Source: Armatimonadetes bacterium UBA1398
GTDB taxonomy: Bacteria; Armatimonadota; Zipacnadia; UBA1398
DNA length: 64,000 bases
Direction: 5' to 3'
Assembly (NCBI GenBank): GCA_002305165.1
Contig: DBQI01000028.1
Coordinates: forward strand, 6,801-70,800
Shown: piece by piece, positions 60,331 through 64,000 of the stretch
Layout: every line of letters starts with the position of its first letter
Position numbering within the stretch: position 1 is the first letter of the stretch
Program-made: the position numbers and the translations under genes
Notes under the pieces: generated by a model
The model's input: the letters and a program-made list of their open reading frames with translations, nothing else
What the model was told of the DNA's origin: nothing
Database searches by the model: none

Positions 60331-60573
60331 CTCCTCTCCGGAGGCTGGGGGCGGGACGCAGGGCAAGCAGGACGAGTAAGCCGGCGATGTCGCGGCTGCC
60401 GGATATACCCAAGCTGCGGCCAAAGGTGCAGTCTCGCATGAGCCCGACCACCGTAGTGTAATGCAGCCCATGGCGCCTCTGCCGGCATAACGGGCATCCC
60501 CCGGCGCCACGGGCGGGTACCATTCTTTTTGACCATTCGACCACGCGCCATCAATACCTCTAAGGGTTGAGAG
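60331..60573 (-). ncRNA. Candidate structured leader RNA or regulatory element, copy 1
   Basis: Homologous to 62034-62274; 42-nt and 23-nt identical blocks; several stems preserved in both copies. Confidence 0.5.
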
Positions 60574-60743
60574 CGCCAGGTGATGGTACCTCGTATTGCG
60601 TACCGGCTTGCGCCAAAAGCCGGAACCCTCAGACAGCCATGCGCCGGTTCAAGCAACTCGCCGCCTTGGACGCCCCAAACCCGGATCCCCGGCCTCGGTG
60701 CCTGTCAGTACGCTGGAAGGCGGTGCGGGGCCACCTGAAGCGA

Positions 60744-60777
60744 GAAGGGGACGGCCCGGTGACGGGCCGTCCCCTTC
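60744..60777 (-). terminator. Strong hairpin after small lipoprotein
   Basis: GAAGGGGACGGCCCG-GTGA-CGGGCCGTCCCCTTC (15 bp stem). Confidence 0.65.
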
Positions 60778-60814
60778 CGGTAGGCGCCTAACTCAGCTCG
60801 TGCTGGGAGCCTCT

Positions 60815-61045
60815 CTAGTTGGTCTCGCCAGCCGGCGCCTCCTGCTTCGCCATAGCGCCCTCAGGCGCCGGCGCGGTGCCAGCGCCCCCTCCACCCTCGG
60901 GGCGGCCGGCAGCGGTGCCGCCTGGCGGCGGCGGGGCAGCCGCTTCCGCCTCGCTGAGTTTGGTCTGGCTCGCACGGCAGCCGATAAACGCCACTGCGAG
61001 CATCGCCAGCACGATACAGATGATCACGATGGTCCGGAGACGCAT
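60815..61045 (-). CDS. Small Gly/Ala/Pro-rich lipoprotein
   Basis: MRLRTIVIICIVLAMLAVAFIGC lipoprotein signal; low-complexity tail ending EAPAGETN. Confidence 0.7.
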   Translation of the reverse strand: MRLRTIVIICIVLAMLAVAFIGCRASQTKLSEAEAAAPPPPGGTAAGRPEGGGGAGTAPAPEGAMAKQEAPAGETN

Positions 61046-61114
61046 CTTACTGTCCCTTCCTTCCTGGCCCCTGGTGGGGCGAAACACGAGCACAGCGAGC
61101 CGTCTGACTCGAGC

Positions 61115-61855
61115 CTAAGGCTCGACGCAGTTGGGGCGCAGGATCGGACGCTGGCGCATGTCCGTCCAGCCGCTGGTCATGGCGTAGCTGATGACTGAGT
61201 TCTTGCTGTAGTACTTGGCGTGTCCGTCGAGGTACGTGCCGTTCTGACCGTCATTGTGGTGGGCAGTCCAGGGACTCCAGCCGCCCCAGCGCACCCGTCC
61301 CATGCCATCGGCTGGGTAGCCGCTCCCGTCCCAGTCATTCACGATGCCGGACGCGAACGTCTCGCACTGGATGAGGGTCTGCGCGACCAGCGGTGTCGCC
61401 GCTAGTGCGGTGTAGCCCCCGTTGCTGTTGTACATGAACTCACTGTAGCCATAGCTCATCCCACCGGAGCCAGACCAGCGGTCGCCCTCGGAGTCACTCG
61501 GGCACTGCAGGAGCTGCAGGTTCTTGATGTAGGGCTGCACCGCGACAGCGTATACGCGGGCCCAACCCTCAGTGGGCGCTCCTGCCGGCACAGTCGGCCA
61601 GAGCTCCCAAGGCCAGTAGTTGCCTCCGCCGGGCTTGGCGGCTCCAAACGGCATGCCAGGGAGCTTCTCATCGTAGTCCTGAGCGTAGGACAGGAATGCG
61701 GTCCCCAACTGCCTGCAGTTCGAGAGACACGAGGTCTGGCGAGCTTTCTCCCGCGCCTTCGCGAAAACAGGGAAAAGGATGGCTGCGAGAATAGCGATGA
61801 TCGCGATGACAACGAGCAGCTCTATGAGTGTGAAACCGCGCTGGTGTCTCGTCAT
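61115..61855 (-). CDS. DUF1559 prepilin-type protein (array unit 2)
   Basis: GFTLIELL; LQCPSD; [13 protein letters not shown]. Confidence 0.92.
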   Translation of the reverse strand: MTRHQRGFTLIELLVVIAIIAILAAILFPVFAKAREKARQTSCLSNCRQLGTAFLSYAQDYDEKLPGMPFGAAKPGGGNYWPWELWPTVPAGAPTEGWARVYAVAVQPYIKNLQLLQCPSDSEGDRWSGSGGMSYGYSEFMYNSNGGYTALAATPLVAQTLIQCETFASGIVNDWDGSGYPADGMGRVRWGGWSPWTAHHNDGQNGTYLDGHAKYYSKNSVISYAMTSGWTDMRQRPILRPNCVEP

Positions 61856-62033
61856 GTCCTATTACACCTCCGTTGTCTGTACTATCTGAGTCGATCGGTC
61901 CACATGGCGCCGTGCTAGGTGTGAGGTGCGGCAAGCCAGGGCACTGAGCGAAACCACCTCGGGCTCAGCCAGCCGCGTACTGTGGACAGCGCCTCGGTCA
62001 ACCCGTGAGAGGGCGACTAGGGGCGCCCTGGGC

Positions 62034-62274
62034 CTCCTTCCCGCAGGCTCAGGGCGGGACGTGGACCAGGCAGGACGGGTAAGCCGGCGATGTCGCGGCT
62101 GCCGGATATACCCAAGCTGCAACAGAAGGCGCAGTCTCGCATGAGCCCGACCATCATAATGTGATGTAGCCCACGGCGCCTCTGCCGGCATACCGGCATC
62201 CCCCGGCGCCAGGGGCTGGGGTCATCCTTTTGGATTATACGACCACCGTGCCGTCAATACCTCTCAGGTGAGAG
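62034..62274 (-). ncRNA. Candidate structured leader RNA or regulatory element, copy 2
   Basis: Homologous to 60331-60573; TGCCGG-TATG-CCGGCA hairpin, GGGTA/TACCC and CCGGC/GCCGG stems. Confidence 0.5.
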
Positions 62275-62369
62275 TGTTGCTTCAGTATACCCTGTTTCGA
62301 GTGCCGGTATGCGCGGTATGCCTGGGCGCCCGCGCGCACTGAACTCCCATGTGCGCACTGCCAAACGCA

Positions 62370-62400
62370 AGCAGCCCCTCGGAGGATCCGAGGGGCTGCT
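62370..62400 (-). terminator. Strong hairpin after small lipoprotein
   Basis: AGCAGCCCCTCGGA-GGA-TCCGAGGGGCTGCT (14 bp stem). Confidence 0.65.
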
Positions 62401-62435
62401 CTCTCTACCTCTACTTGGTACTGACCGGGGGGAGA

Positions 62436-62696
62436 CTAATCCCCGGCCGGGGCGGCTTCGGTATTGCCCTGGGCGGGCGCCCCGGTGCCGCCTTTCGCGG
62501 CCATGCCGGTACTCCCGCCAGCGCCCGTGGCGCCCATGCCGGTTCCGCCGCCACCGGGGCCTGTGGCGCCCTTGGCGTTCGGGCCAGACGATCCGCCGGT
62601 GACCATGTCCTTGCCACTGTTGCAGCCAACGGCGATGGATACGGCGATCACTAGTGAGGCTATCAGGAGAAGTGCCAAAAGAGCCTTTCGATTCAT
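62436..62696 (-). CDS. Small Gly/Ala/Thr-rich lipoprotein
   Basis: MNRKALLALLLIASLVIAVSIAVGC lipoprotein signal; GGAGG RBS; tail ends EAAPAGD. Confidence 0.72.
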   Translation of the reverse strand: MNRKALLALLLIASLVIAVSIAVGCNSGKDMVTGGSSGPNAKGATGPGGGGTGMGATGAGGSTGMAAKGGTGAPAQGNTEAAPAGD

Positions 62697-62747
62697 GTTA
62701 CCGTGCCTCCCATGGGGCCGATTTGGCCTATAGATTGCTCACGAAAA

Positions 62748-63548
62748 CTACCTGTACTCGGGGATCTGTCCACACTGCTGCTGCCAGCCACGCAGGACGT
62801 TCGAGTCGGGGCCCGACCACCACTCCCACAGGAAGTCGTCCGCCGGGACCTGGCCAGGCGCCCAGTTCAGCGCGCCGAAGGTCGCCTGGGGCTTCATCGC
62901 CTTGGCGTGGCCGTCCATGAAGGACCAGTTGCACATGCCGTTATGGGACGTGAAGGCGCCCTTGTTGGCGTCCAGCCAACTGGGCCACGGCAGGACCCAC
63001 GTTCCGAGATCGGAGTACTCGTACCGGCTCTCCATGAGGAGCAGGCTGGTCGACGGGCGGGGCGTCTCACCAATGGGCCGACCGTTCCGGGCATATTCGG
63101 GATGAGCCCAGCTGTGACAACCAGCGTAGGAGCGTCGGATCTTCATCTCGACCCAAGCCCTGGGTTGGGTCCACAGGGGCTCGTTGGGCCTCTCATAGGT
63201 CGCGCAGACGTGGATATTGCCGCTCTTCATGTAGGGGAAGGTGGCGTCGCGGTAACCGTGGTTGACGCCCCAGGGATCCCAGTCATCGGGAGGGGGCGAG
63301 CTCTGGCTCGGCGGAGGCAGGACCCAGGTCGGGTCGGGATAGTCGGGGCAAGGGAACTTCTCGTCATAGTCCTGAGCGTAACTTAGGATGCCGGTCGAGA
63401 GCTGTCTGAGGTTGGAGAGACATGAGGTCTGACGGGCTTTCTCCCTCGCTTTGGCGAACACGGGGAAGAGGATAGCTGCGAGAATAGCGATGATGGCGAT
63501 GACAACGAGCAACTCAATGAGGGTAAAACCACGACGTCGTGCAAACAT
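62748..63548 (-). CDS. DUF1559 prepilin-type protein (array unit 3)
   Basis: [14 protein letters not shown] after GGAGG; HVCATY; [13 protein letters not shown]. Confidence 0.92.
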   Translation of the reverse strand: MFARRRGFTLIELLVVIAIIAILAAILFPVFAKAREKARQTSCLSNLRQLSTGILSYAQDYDEKFPCPDYPDPTWVLPPPSQSSPPPDDWDPWGVNHGYRDATFPYMKSGNIHVCATYERPNEPLWTQPRAWVEMKIRRSYAGCHSWAHPEYARNGRPIGETPRPSTSLLLMESRYEYSDLGTWVLPWPSWLDANKGAFTSHNGMCNWSFMDGHAKAMKPQATFGALNWAPGQVPADDFLWEWWSGPDSNVLRGWQQQCGQIPEYR

Positions 63549-63678
63549 AGGTGCAACACCTCCGCTGAATGCCCCCGCCCCCCACGGGAGCCAGGCTGCA
63601 TGGCTACGGCGCCACGCAGACCTGCTTGCTTCCATGCACAGCATACTACGATCGACCTGCAGCGCGAACACGCTCAGT

Positions 63679-64000
63679 CTAGCCGTTCCCCCTAGGTACC
63701 TCACCCTCTAGAGGCAAACGTAGGGTGAACTCTGAGCCCTTATCTAGTTCCGACGCCACCGATACGGTTCCTCCATGTGCCTCAACCGCCCGCCTCACGA
63801 TTCGGGTCCCGAGTCCCGTCCCTCCCGGCTTGGTTGAGACAGCGCGATCGGTGAAGAGCCGGCTCCGCACTTCCTCCTTCATCCCACGGCCTGTGTCGGC
63901 GACGACGACCTGAACGTACCCGCCCTCGGGGAACGACCCTTCCTCAACCCACGAGGTAGCCACCGAGATCCGCCCGCCCTCGGGGGTCTCGGGGATGGCG
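63679..64000 (-). CDS. Sensor histidine kinase, HATPase_c C-terminus (partial)
   Basis: [20 protein letters not shown] and [16 protein letters not shown] motifs; runs off the window. Confidence 0.9.
   Translation of the reverse strand, partial: AIPETPEGGRISVATSWVEEGSFPEGGYVQVVVADTGRGMKEEVRSRLFTDRAVSTKPGGTGLGTRIVRRAVEAHGGTVSVASELDKGSEFTLRLPLEGEVPRGNG

Noticed and set aside
60279-62191. Similar peptides (MPAEAPWA..QLGYIRQPRHRRLTRPA) encoded in both leader repeats
   Set aside because: Many differences are non-synonymous, starts and stops differ, and there is no clear RBS. Conservation is better explained at DNA/RNA level, although a leader peptide cannot be fully excluded.
62225-62260. Sigma54 or canonical sigma70 promoter call at the leader 5' end
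   Set aside because: GG-N10-GC is not met (GT), and the TTGACG-TATAAT spacing is 12 nt and not conserved in copy 1. Left as promoter-like only.
59362-63548. DGR-type diversification of the DUF1559 array
   Set aside because: No reverse transcriptase in the window and no TR/VR pair with adenine-specific mismatches.
1-64000. tRNA, rRNA or CRISPR arrays
   Set aside because: No cloverleaf, rRNA signature or regularly spaced repeat-spacer array was seen by eye.

Overview
High-GC bacterial chromosomal segment. The four pilin-like genes carrying [38 protein letters not shown] and H-X9-DG motifs suggest Armatimonadota or a similar lineage (inference). Housekeeping genes (pheT, ftsK, sucC, sucD) are mixed with many secreted glycan-active or beta-propeller proteins, Gfo/Idh/MocA oxidoreductases, URO-D-like proteins, peptidases, two defence-type genes (a partial DUF262/GmrSD-like gene and an orphan N6/N4 methyltransferase) and a ~4.4 kb IS-scarred island (49045-53455). 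The best candidates for an undescribed system centre on the DUF1559 pilin-like genes. (1) A tandem array at 59.3-63.6 kb has units of DUF1559 gene plus tiny Gly/Ala-rich lipoprotein plus hairpin. Two units share a duplicated, multi-stem, apparently non-coding leader, and one gene looks like a mosaic of its neighbours. (2) A DUF1559 gene heads an ECF/FmdE operon behind a NikR-like GTGGCAC-N13-GTGCTAC palindrome. (3) A beta-propeller protein is fused to a DUF1559-like body that lacks the pilin helix. No rRNA, tRNA or CRISPR array was recognised. All product calls come from motif recognition by eye, without database searches.
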